Shown in pieces: positions 15,471 through 23,113 of a DNA stretch of 29,590 nucleotides. The translations under genes were made by a program, and so were the position numbers. The DNA lies in the NCBI GenBank assembly GCA_044222475.1, contig JBGANF010000104.1:1-29590 (forward strand). Direction: 5' to 3'. The stretch's first letter is position 1, and the number at the start of each line of letters is the position of its first letter. Origin of the DNA: Polyangiaceae bacterium (GTDB lineage Bacteria; Myxococcota_A; Polyangia; Polyangiales; Polyangiaceae). The notes under the pieces were generated by a model, which was not told the DNA's origin, did no database searches, and worked only from the letters and a program-made list of their open reading frames with translations.

Positions 15471-17555
15471 CTAAAGATGCCCGGGCGGCTTCGCGCCGCT
15501 CGCGGGAGGCGCGGGCGGCTTCGGAGCCGTCGCGCTCGATGCGGGCGGAGCCGGCGGCTTCGGTGCGGTTGCGCTCGTCGCCGGGGGAACCGGCGGCTTC
15601 GGGGTCGTGGCGGTCGTCGTCGCCGGGGGAACCGGCGGCTTCGGAGTCGTCGCGGTCGTCGTCGTCGTCGCTGGTGGCGGCGTGGTCGTCGACGTCGTGC
15701 TCGCGGCGCTTCCCTCGATGTGGAACTCGACGCGGCGGTTGTGGCGACGGCCTTCCTCGGTGGAGTTGTCGCGGATCGGGCGATCGGGTCCGAAGCCCGC
15801 GCTCGTGAGTCGCGACTTGTCGACTCCGTGGGCGATGAGCCACTTCACGACCGACGCTGCGCGGTCGGCCGACAGCTTCTTGTTGAGCGCGGCCGGACCC
15901 TGGTTGTCGGTGTGGCCCTCGATGCGCAGCCCCTTGATTTCGGGGTGGGCCTTGATGATCGCGAGGACGGCCTGGAGGATCTCCTCGCTGTCCTTGCCCG
16001 GGAGAATGTCGGCGCTGCCGGTCTTGAACTTCACCTGATCGGTGATCTTGATCTCGCCGTTGGCGACGAAGGCCTTCGGGCAGCCGTTCTTCTCGGGATC
16101 GGGGTCGGGCTTGCCGGGCTCTTCGGGGCACGCGTCGGCCTCGTTGAGCACGGTGTCGTTGTCGATGTCGGCGGGGCAGCCGTTGAACTTCGCGACTGCG
16201 CTCTTGATGCCGGGGACCTTCGGGCACGCGTCCTCTGCGTCGGCGATGCCGTCGTTGTCTTGATCCGGCGGGCAGCCGTTCTTCTTCGGGTCGGCGTCCT
16301 TGACGCCCGCGACCTCGACGCATGCGTCGTCGATGTCGGCGATTCCGTCGTTGTCACGATCGGACGGGCAGCCGTTCTTCTTCGGGTCGTCGTTCTTCAC
16401 GCCGGCGACCTCGGGGCACGCATCCTCGTCGTCGATGATGCCGTCGCCGTCCTTGTCCTTCGGCTTCACGACCGGGCAGCCGTTCTTCTTCGGATCGGGA
16501 TCCTTGACCCCGGCGACGGTCGGACATGCATCGTCCGGATCGTTGATGCCGTCGCCGTCCTTGTCGGCGACCTTCGGCGGCTCGGGCTTCTCTTCGACGT
16601 ACGGCGGCTTCCACTCGATGCCGAAGATCACGCGCACGTCGGGCGAGCCCAGCGCGGGAGTGATCCCGGTGCCGACGCCTGCGCCGATGCGCACGTTGTT
16701 GTCCATGTAGTAGTGCACGCCGAGGAGCGCCTCGGCGGCCGTCATGCGCTTCGAGAAGAACGCTGCGTCGTTGGCGACGCCGGTGCTGGCGAAGAACTCC
16801 GGGCCGATGAGGATCTTCCGGTCCGCGGCGCGCACGCCGATCGCGACCGCCGCGTTCAGCTCGGATCCGATGGAGATGCCGTCCCACGTGTTCGAGTTCG
16901 ACAGATCACGCGACTGGTATCCGACGCGCGCCGCCCAAGCGATCGGTCCGACGTCGCCAGCGAAGGCGAGGTGGGGCATGAATCGGGGGTGCCCATCGCT
17001 CATGTAGCTCTGCTGGCCGCCGGTCGGCAGCGCGAACTGGCCCACGAGCGCCATCGTGAACGGGTCGCCGTACTGGCCGAAAATCCGCATCGTGGCGCTG
17101 AGCCGCAGATCGCCGAAGGCCTGTGTGTGCTGCGGGCCGGGGAACGTGCGCGTGGCGTCCGATCCCTGCACGCCGTCGCCGTGGAGGAGGATCGGCAGAT
17201 CGAAGCCGAGGCGGAAGCGGCTGCCGAGGTTGATCGCTCCGCCGAGGTGCATGATCACCTGGTTGCGGACGACGCTCGCGGTCGCGTCACCGTTCGCGTC
17301 GCGCGTGACGAGGCCGGCGTAGTTGTATTGAACCGTCGTCCCGAGCGCCGGGCGCCCCTGCCCGCGAATGTCGAGCGAGTCGAGGGTGAACCAATCGCTT
17401 CCGCGCTCGCCGGGTTCGAAGCGATTCACGAGGAAGCCGTCCCTTGCTTGGGCGGCGGCCGCACCCTCCATCGCGATGACGCCGAGGGCGCTCATCGCAA
17501 GCGTTTGCACGAGCTTGCGGGTTCTCATTTTCGGCGTCATTGGGGATGAGGTCAT
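15471..17555 (-). CDS. OmpA-family outer-membrane protein: predicted beta-barrel, five thrombospondin type-3 repeats, OmpA domain and Pro/Thr tail (TraB-like architecture)
   Basis: Signal peptide ending AAAAQA, DxDxDG..DAC repeats, IEGHTDNQG, LSADRAASV, NRRVEF. The start may instead be 17540 or 17528. Confidence 0.9.
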   Translation of the reverse strand: MTSSPMTPKMRTRKLVQTLAMSALGVIAMEGAAAAQARDGFLVNRFEPGERGSDWFTLDSLDIRGQGRPALGTTVQYNYAGLVTRDANGDATASVVRNQVIMHLGGAINLGSRFRLGFDLPILLHGDGVQGSDATRTFPGPQHTQAFGDLRLSATMRIFGQYGDPFTMALVGQFALPTGGQQSYMSDGHPRFMPHLAFAGDVGPIAWAARVGYQSRDLSNSNTWDGISIGSELNAAVAIGVRAADRKILIGPEFFASTGVANDAAFFSKRMTAAEALLGVHYYMDNNVRIGAGVGTGITPALGSPDVRVIFGIEWKPPYVEEKPEPPKVADKDGDGINDPDDACPTVAGVKDPDPKKNGCPVVKPKDKDGDGIIDDEDACPEVAGVKNDDPKKNGCPSDRDNDGIADIDDACVEVAGVKDADPKKNGCPPDQDNDGIADAEDACPKVPGIKSAVAKFNGCPADIDNDTVLNEADACPEEPGKPDPDPEKNGCPKAFVANGEIKITDQVKFKTGSADILPGKDSEEILQAVLAIIKAHPEIKGLRIEGHTDNQGPAALNKKLSADRAASVVKWLIAHGVDKSRLTSAGFGPDRPIRDNSTEEGRRHNRRVEFHIEGSAASTTSTTTPPPATTTTTATTPKPPVPPATTTATTPKPPVPPATSATAPKPPAPPASSATAPKPPAPPASGAKPPGHL
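15480..15660 (-). repeat. Coding tandem repeat, about 39-42 nt unit, encoding (T/S/A)n-PKPP(V/A)PPA four to five times
   Basis: An identical 28-mer occurs at 15575-15602 and 15617-15644 (period 42), with degenerate copies alongside. Confidence 0.85.
16078..16566 (-). repeat. Five coding thrombospondin type-3-like Ca-binding repeats
   Basis: DxDxD(G/T)xxxxxDAC...NGCP appears five times in the OmpA protein. Confidence 0.85.
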
Positions 17556-17633
17556 ACCAACCCTTGCCCACGCTTGGCCATCCTTTGCCGCGCCGATCGA
17601 TGACTTGCGTGGTGTGGGTTGGTGTGCGCTGTT

Positions 17634-17945
17634 TCAGGCGCCGGACAGCTTGATCGCCTTCTCGGGGCAGGCCGTCACGCAGTGTCCGCACGCCTGGCAG
17701 GCGTCGGCGTTCGGCGTGTAGGCGGTCTTTCGCCCGTGGGCGACGCTCTTCAGCTTCCCGAGGAGCCCGAGCGACGCGAAATCGGCGTCGTCGATTCGGC
17801 GCACGACGAAGACGTCGTACGGACACACGTCGACGCAGTCGCTCTTTCCTTCGCACTTGTTGCGGTCGATCACCGGGCGCACGACCCCCGGCTCCTTCTT
17901 GCAGACCTCGGTGCTGCCGCGCGGCTTCTTGCTCATGCGGTCCAT
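17634..17945 (-). CDS. Dicluster ferredoxin-like Fe-S protein
   Basis: CEGKSDCVDVCP and CQACGHCVTACP..AI motifs. Confidence 0.9.
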   Translation of the reverse strand: MDRMSKKPRGSTEVCKKEPGVVRPVIDRNKCEGKSDCVDVCPYDVFVVRRIDDADFASLGLLGKLKSVAHGRKTAYTPNADACQACGHCVTACPEKAIKLSGA

Positions 17946-17996
17946 CGTTCCATCACACGCTCCCGACGTGGATGAACTTTCGTGAAGTCGAGGGCG

Positions 17997-18608
17997 TTAC
18001 GCGAGCAGCTCGCCGCTTCGCGAAGCCGCACCCGGTCGAGGCTCGACCGCGTGCGAGAGGCACAACGTGAGGAGCAACATGGTTCGATACACGACGTGGA
18101 CGTCGTCGATGTCGACCTCGCGCGGGGAGCGCGCGCCGTCGTCGTTGACGACGTCGAGCGCTGCTTCGACGTGCTCGTGCAGGAACGCCACGACCGCCGG
18201 CTGCTCGTGCGCGACGATGTCTTCGACCTCGAGCGGCTCGGTCGATCGGGCAGCGCGCAGCTCCTCTTCGAGGCTGATCGACTCTTCGGTCGCGCGGATT
18301 GCGGTCTCGTCCACCGCGCGCAGGCGGAGACCCTGCACGCCGAACTGAGTCTCGAACGCGAGGTAGATGGCGATCCCGAGGAAGTAGCCGAGGGCGAGCG
18401 CGGTGTCGTCGATCGGCCGCGAGAGGAGTCGGTTCATTCGCTCCGCGAGCGCCGGCTGCGTCGCCTCGAAGCGACGAAACGCCGCGTCGAGGCGGCCCTC
18501 GGCGCCCTCCTCGGTCTCGGTCAGGTCGGCTTCGACCGCGTCGATGTACCCACGCTCGACGACCGCGTAGGAAGGGACCGGACGGATGGCAGCACCACGA
18601 GCGAACAC
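17997..18608 (-). CDS. Hypothetical acidic alpha-helical protein
   Basis: Natural-looking composition with an internal echo (TQPALAE / EQPAVVA). TACGCT sits 6 nt upstream of the GTG. Confidence 0.7.
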   Translation of the reverse strand: MFARGAAIRPVPSYAVVERGYIDAVEADLTETEEGAEGRLDAAFRRFEATQPALAERMNRLLSRPIDDTALALGYFLGIAIYLAFETQFGVQGLRLRAVDETAIRATEESISLEEELRAARSTEPLEVEDIVAHEQPAVVAFLHEHVEAALDVVNDDGARSPREVDIDDVHVVYRTMLLLTLCLSHAVEPRPGAASRSGELLA

Positions 18609-18655
18609 GCTCGAAGCGTACCATCTTGGAGCGATGCTTCAAAAGATCGCGCGCG

Positions 18656-19558
18656 TCAGGGGGCCATCACGCGCCCCGGTGCGGGGGTCGCGAAGCTCGG
18701 CGCGAACGGTGCGGCACCCTTTTCGGTGTGGCACGCGTTGCACGCACCGACGGGTGCGTCCGCGCTCATCGCGCGCGTCTTGTTCGCCGAGTCGGTCACG
18801 GTGATCTTCGACAGCGGAGCGGTGAGCGTGCCGGCGTAGACGTAGAAGTTCCCCACCGCGTTCGACTTCACGCTCCAGGATTTGCCGTTCTTGTCGACGC
18901 CGCTCACCGTGTACGGGCCGCTCCCGTTGCAGTCGTTCGGCTCGTGGGCCGTCTTGTAGACGGTGCCCGCGAGGATGAACTGCTTCGGGTTGTTCCCGCC
19001 GATCTTGTGGCACGACATGCAGTCCTCGCCGGGATCCATCGACGAGCTCTCGAGCGTCGTGTGCGCGACCATCTTTCCGCTCGAGCATTGGACCGGCGTG
19101 TCGTACGGATTCTGCACCGGCGCGCCGTCGTAGAGCCCGCCATCGGCGCACGCGTTCGGATCGCCGGCCGGGTAGCCGGCGGAGATCCACGAATCGAGGA
19201 GCTGCACGTCGCCGGCGGCCGCGCCGCCCGGGGGCATCGTGCCTGCCTTCATGCGCTGCAGGCTCACCTGCGCGTTGTTCAGCGACGGGTTCGATTTCGA
19301 CGGCGCCATCAAGTCGGCGCGCGTGACGAGCGCCATCGGCGCGCCGCCGCTCGGCTTGGCGCCGTGGCACGACTGACACTTCGCCGCGAGCATCGCTTGG
19401 CACATTGCCCACGGGTCGTTGGTGCACGTGCCCGGAGGGGGCTCGCTCGGCGTCGGCGCGTTGGTCCCGTTCGGATCCGACGGCGAGTCGCCGGACGCGA
19501 TGTAGCAAGCTGCCGACGCCGCGCTCGCGAGCGCGAGCAGAAGTACCTTCGTGTTCAT
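18656..19558 (-). CDS. Tri-heme c-type cytochrome lipoprotein
   Basis: ATG at 19558 with GGAGG RBS. Signal MNTKVLLLALASAASAA-C. Three CxxCH motifs: CQSCH, CMSCH, CNACH. Confidence 0.85.
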   Translation of the reverse strand: MNTKVLLLALASAASAACYIASGDSPSDPNGTNAPTPSEPPPGTCTNDPWAMCQAMLAAKCQSCHGAKPSGGAPMALVTRADLMAPSKSNPSLNNAQVSLQRMKAGTMPPGGAAAGDVQLLDSWISAGYPAGDPNACADGGLYDGAPVQNPYDTPVQCSSGKMVAHTTLESSSMDPGEDCMSCHKIGGNNPKQFILAGTVYKTAHEPNDCNGSGPYTVSGVDKNGKSWSVKSNAVGNFYVYAGTLTAPLSKITVTDSANKTRAMSADAPVGACNACHTEKGAAPFAPSFATPAPGRVMAP

Positions 19559-19617
19559 CGTGCCTCCATCGTGTTCGCGCCTTCGTGCCGAGAGGCGCGC
19601 GCGATCAGGCGGGGTCG

Positions 19618-19755
19618 TCGAAAAAAATCGAGCGCGCGCAAGACGTGCGCGCCGATTCGCGATGGGTCGCGAATTGGGGCCCAAATGGGGGCCGCGACTG
19701 GGGCAATCGCGATCCAGGGATCCGTTCAGCGGAGGTCGTACCAAATTGGTACGAC
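19618..19755 (-). promoter_or_regulatory. Intergenic cluster of inverted repeats followed by a T7 tract (terminator, structured leader or operators)
   Basis: Perfect 21-bp palindrome at 19735-19755, inverted repeats at 19694-19710, 19655-19674 and 19634-19652, and A7 at 19621-19627. Confidence 0.5.
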
Positions 19756-19756
19756 G

Positions 19757-20311
19757 TCAGCGCGCGCGTCGCCGGCTGAGGCGTAGCAGGCGGCTGCACC
19801 ACGCGGTGGCCGCGCCACCGACCGTGAACGCGACCAGAACGGCTCGCCCGAGTGCGGCCTGCGAGATGGCGACGACACCGAATCGCCCTTGGAACTGCGC
19901 GTACGACGCGCTCACGCCGAGGCGGTGCTGCCAGAGGATCGCGAGGACGCTCGCCGCCGCGAGCGGCACGCCCAGCATCGCCAGCGTGACCGTGAGGTGG
20001 CGACCACGGGCGAACGGCGCCGCGAGGGTGAACCCAGTCGGGATCAGCGCACCGCAACCGAGAACCGCCGCGAGGTCGACCGCCGAAGGGACCTTTCGCC
20101 ACGAGACGAGATACAGGTACGCCCAGTCGCCGTGGTACGCGGTGAAGTAGCCGAGGATCGGCGCGTAGACGAAGAACGCGAACGCGAGGACGATCGCGAA
20201 CGGGCGTGACGACACGAGGGGCCCGTCTTCTTGAGCGAGCTCGCTCCGCGCGACCCACGCGAAGGACGCACCGAGCGCGAGGGCGACGAGCGCGGCGAGA
20301 GGGAGCGGCAC
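19757..20311 (-). CDS. Hypothetical integral membrane protein (about 5 hydrophobic segments)
   Basis: The hydrophobic region starts at GTG 20311 (VPLPLAALVALALG) and includes HGDWAYLYL. The track ORF upstream of this is off-frame overlap with the next gene. Confidence 0.75.
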   Translation of the reverse strand: MPLPLAALVALALGASFAWVARSELAQEDGPLVSSRPFAIVLAFAFFVYAPILGYFTAYHGDWAYLYLVSWRKVPSAVDLAAVLGCGALIPTGFTLAAPFARGRHLTVTLAMLGVPLAAASVLAILWQHRLGVSASYAQFQGRFGVVAISQAALGRAVLVAFTVGGAATAWCSRLLRLSRRRAR

Positions 20312-20324
20312 GCGCCCGACGATA

Positions 20325-20804
20325 CTAGAACTTCCCGAAGTAGTCCGAGATGTCGAAGTAGACGTCCTTCTTGGTGCCGTCCGGCAGCTCGACCGACATG
20401 ACGTCGAAGTTCTTGCCGTCCTTGCCGACGAGCGACTGGCGGAGGAGCTTCCACTTGCCCTTGCGGCGCGATCCGAACGCGGCGTCGAGGCACGCGTACT
20501 CGGAGGCGACGCCGTCGCTCTCGCCGCGCGCGCCGACGATCCGAACTGCGTCTGCGATCGACGTGCCTTGGCCGCCGACGAACGAGATGCCGCCGAGCGC
20601 GGGGCAGAACGCTTGCCCCGCCGGAGGCGGCGTCGTCGGCGCGCCGGTGGTGCTGCTCGTGGGCGTGGGCGGCGTTGCCACTGCGGCGGAGTCGCTGGCG
20701 GTCGGCGGCGGGGCGGACGGCACGACGGCGGTCGTGCTCGTCGTCTCGGCGGCGCCGCCACAAGCGGCGAGGAGGATCGAGAAGGCGAGCAGCGCTTGAC
20801 GCAT
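20325..20804 (-). CDS. Hypothetical lipoprotein
   Basis: MRQALLAFSILLAA-C, a Pro/Thr linker, then a compact domain GGQGTSIADAV..EY..YFDISDYFGKF. Confidence 0.8.
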   Translation of the reverse strand: MRQALLAFSILLAACGGAAETTSTTAVVPSAPPPTASDSAAVATPPTPTSSTTGAPTTPPPAGQAFCPALGGISFVGGQGTSIADAVRIVGARGESDGVASEYACLDAAFGSRRKGKWKLLRQSLVGKDGKNFDVMSVELPDGTKKDVYFDISDYFGKF

Positions 20805-20811
20805 GCTCTTG

Positions 20812-21138
20812 TTACGCCGGGTGAGCCTCCGAGCTACCCACGTGCGGGTGCTCCGCGTGCCCGCGCTGCGGCGCAACGCTCCGTTCGACGAAGATCTTCC
20901 GGCACTTCGGGCACTTCGGCTTGGCGCCGAGCTTCTCGGCGAGGCCGACGATCGGGAACGTCAGGAACATGAAGTACAGGGGCGCGGCGACCATGCCGAT
21001 CGGCTGCATGATCGCGAGCAGCATGAACGAAATGAGGACGATCGGCGCGGCGACGATGGCCACGACCCACCAGAGTCGGCTCGGGCGAACGGGGCGGACG
21101 GTCTTCGAACAAGCGCTGCAAGTGCCTTGGATTCCCAT
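20812..21138 (-). CDS. Small membrane protein with split zinc ribbon (CxxC - hydrophobic hairpin - CxxC)
   Basis: ATG at 21138 with GGGAGG RBS. CSAC and CPKC flank a long hydrophobic stretch. Confidence 0.7.
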   Translation of the reverse strand: MGIQGTCSACSKTVRPVRPSRLWWVVAIVAAPIVLISFMLLAIMQPIGMVAAPLYFMFLTFPIVGLAEKLGAKPKCPKCRKIFVERSVAPQRGHAEHPHVGSSEAHPA

Positions 21139-21229
21139 GGGAAACCTCCCACTGGAGAGCATGGGGTCGGGCCCATGGGACATCTTGGCCGCTCGCGACG
21201 TCGGCTTTGGTTCGCGGCGACAGCCGGCT

Positions 21230-21931
21230 CTATTCGAAGGTGCCGGAGACCTTGGCGACGTCGAACGCCGCTCGGCATGCCGCCTGATAGTCCGTCAGCC
21301 CGCGGCGCGCCGTGTCGTAGCTCGGCGTCCAGCGATCGGTGACGTGGTACTTGCCGCCGGCCGTGCCCTCGATGACCCACTGCAGGCCGTCGAGCCCCGT
21401 GTCGGGGATCGTCGTCGGTAGAGACCAGAAGCCGGCCTTGGCGATCGCGGTGGAGACGCGCGCCCACTCTGCGGCGGAGAGCTTCGTCGTGCGATCGATC
21501 GTGACGGATCCCGGTGCGTACCCGCCCGAGCCGTCGAGCTCGACGTAGGTCATCGTCGCGGCCGCCCCATCGACGTCGAACCGAATCGCCACCGGGTGAC
21601 CCCAGGTGCGCAGCCAGGTGAAGCGCCACGTCTCGCGCGCCGGAGCGCTGCGTGACGCCTCCCAGAGCGAGGGCTCACCCATCGTGCGGAGGTGTTTGCC
21701 GTACCAGTCGCGGACGAAATCGGAGAACCCGCCGTGGGCCTCGTCGGGAAAGTACTCCCCGACTGGTCCGGGCTTCGGCGTCGTGCTGGTGGTCATGGTC
21801 GTCGTCGAGGTGCTCGTCGTGGTCGTGGGCGCGGTCGACGGCGGGAGGGTGACCGCGGCCGGCGTGGGCTCGGTGTGACACGCGGCGAGGACGGGCACGA
21901 AGAGGAGCAGAGCGACGCGCACGAGGGTCAT
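21230..21931 (-). CDS. Hypothetical lipoprotein
   Basis: Lipobox VLAA-C, a Thr-rich linker, and a Trp-rich domain (WYGKHLRTMGEPSL, WRFTWLRTWGHP, LDGLQWVIEG). Confidence 0.8.
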   Translation of the reverse strand: MTLVRVALLLFVPVLAACHTEPTPAAVTLPPSTAPTTTTSTSTTTMTTSTTPKPGPVGEYFPDEAHGGFSDFVRDWYGKHLRTMGEPSLWEASRSAPARETWRFTWLRTWGHPVAIRFDVDGAAATMTYVELDGSGGYAPGSVTIDRTTKLSAAEWARVSTAIAKAGFWSLPTTIPDTGLDGLQWVIEGTAGGKYHVTDRWTPSYDTARRGLTDYQAACRAAFDVAKVSGTFE

Positions 21932-21955
21932 ACGTTTCCGAGACGGAAACGATCC

Positions 21956-22978
21956 TCACCCCCGGCGGGCCTTTCGGTACTCGCCCGGCGTGACCCCGTT
22001 CCAGCGCACGAACGCCTTGTGGAACGCGCTCTGATCCGAGAACCCCACGAGCAGCGCGATCTCGGCGATCGAGTGCACTCCGTCCGCGAGGTGGGCCTCC
22101 GCGAGCTGTCGCCGCGTCGTCTCGAGGATCTCGGCGAAGGTCGTCCCTTCGCCGCCGAGGTAGCGCTGGAGCGTGCGCGGGACGAGGTCGAGCGCGCGCG
22201 CCACGGCTTCGACGTTCGCGTCGCCGCGCGGGAGCAACGGAACGATCGCCGCGCGCACCCGGCCCTCGACCGAGGGGGAGCTCGGGAGCTGGGCGAGCAG
22301 CTTCTTCGCGGTGTGCTCGAGCATCGCAAGCAGGTCGTCGTCCGGCCCGAGCGTCGGCGTCGCCCAGTCTTCGCGCGACATCACGATCTCGTTCTCGTCT
22401 TCGTCGAACGCGATCGGGCAGCGGAGCACGTCGTTCAAGGCGGACGGATCCCTCGGCGCCGAGTGCTCGAACCGAACGCGGAGGGGGGAGAGCTCGCGTC
22501 CGGTCGCTTTGCGCGCGAGGGCGGTGAGCCAGACGAACGCGAACTCCATCCCGTGGCGCGGGACGCGGATGTCCGTGCCCTTCGTTCGGACGGCGAACGA
22601 CGCGGTGCCATCTCCGACGACGTAGCGCGGGGGGTGCACGTCGTTGAGCACCCGGTAGAACTGCAGCACGCGCTCGAGCCCCTCGCCGACGGTGCGGCTC
22701 GCGCGCACCAAGTGCCCGGCGAGGGTCGCCCCGGCTTCGCCGAGCATCTTGCCGACGTTCAGTCCCAAATTGGGATCCTTGGTCTGGGTCGCGACGAGAT
22801 CCCAGATGCGGACCATCGCCTCGGCTGGGACGCGGCCGTCGGGATCCTCGAGCGCCTCCACGTCCACGCCGACGCGAGCGGCGAGCGAGCCGAGGTCCTG
22901 CTCCGGAGTCACCGCGCGGACCAGCACGATCCGCGCGAGCGGCGCAGCGACGGTGTACATGACCCCAGCCCGAGACAC
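21956..22978 (-). CDS. AraC-family transcriptional regulator (OruR-like N-terminal domain)
   Basis: C-terminal VARALDLVPRTLQRYL..EGTTF and SIAEIALLVGFSDQSAFHKAFVRWNGVTPGEYR. Start is GTG 22978 (TATGAC 6 nt upstream) or ATG 22960. Confidence 0.92.
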   Translation of the reverse strand: MSRAGVMYTVAAPLARIVLVRAVTPEQDLGSLAARVGVDVEALEDPDGRVPAEAMVRIWDLVATQTKDPNLGLNVGKMLGEAGATLAGHLVRASRTVGEGLERVLQFYRVLNDVHPPRYVVGDGTASFAVRTKGTDIRVPRHGMEFAFVWLTALARKATGRELSPLRVRFEHSAPRDPSALNDVLRCPIAFDEDENEIVMSREDWATPTLGPDDDLLAMLEHTAKKLLAQLPSSPSVEGRVRAAIVPLLPRGDANVEAVARALDLVPRTLQRYLGGEGTTFAEILETTRRQLAEAHLADGVHSIAEIALLVGFSDQSAFHKAFVRWNGVTPGEYRKARRG

Positions 22979-23084
22979 GCGGCTGTCATAGGGCGGGAGG
23001 GGGCGGCCGGCTAGAGCGCGAGACGTCGATCCGATCGGATCACCGGCGATCCGAGGAGCCGGAGTCTTCTCGCGCACTTGGCGC

Positions 23085-23101
23085 TTGGCACCGAGGGTGC
23101 A
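23085..23101 (+). promoter_or_regulatory. Possible sigma54 -24/-12 element, or binding site of the divergent AraC regulator
   Basis: TTGGCACCGAGGGTGCA gives GG(23087-88)-N10-GC(23099-100), 13 nt upstream of the protease ATG. Confidence 0.4.
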
Positions 23102-23113
23102 ATGGGGGTGCGC

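Noticed and set aside
16078..16566. Regularly spaced GGGCAGCCGTT repeats resembling an array
   Set aside because: They encode the NGCP ends of thrombospondin type-3 repeats.
1430..17549. Other long antisense or off-frame ORFs (1430-3586, 8141-10576, 10468-12444, 15477-17549, 1444-3156)
   Set aside because: They overlap well-supported genes and are explained by GC3 codon bias suppressing stops.
17982..18839. 285-aa + strand ORF
   Set aside because: Antisense to the 17997-18608 gene, which has better composition and a promoter signature, and it also overlaps the cytochrome gene.
21132..21180. CCCATGGGA palindromes and a small hairpin upstream of the zinc-ribbon gene
   Set aside because: Short and GC-rich, and not distinguishable from chance without comparative data.
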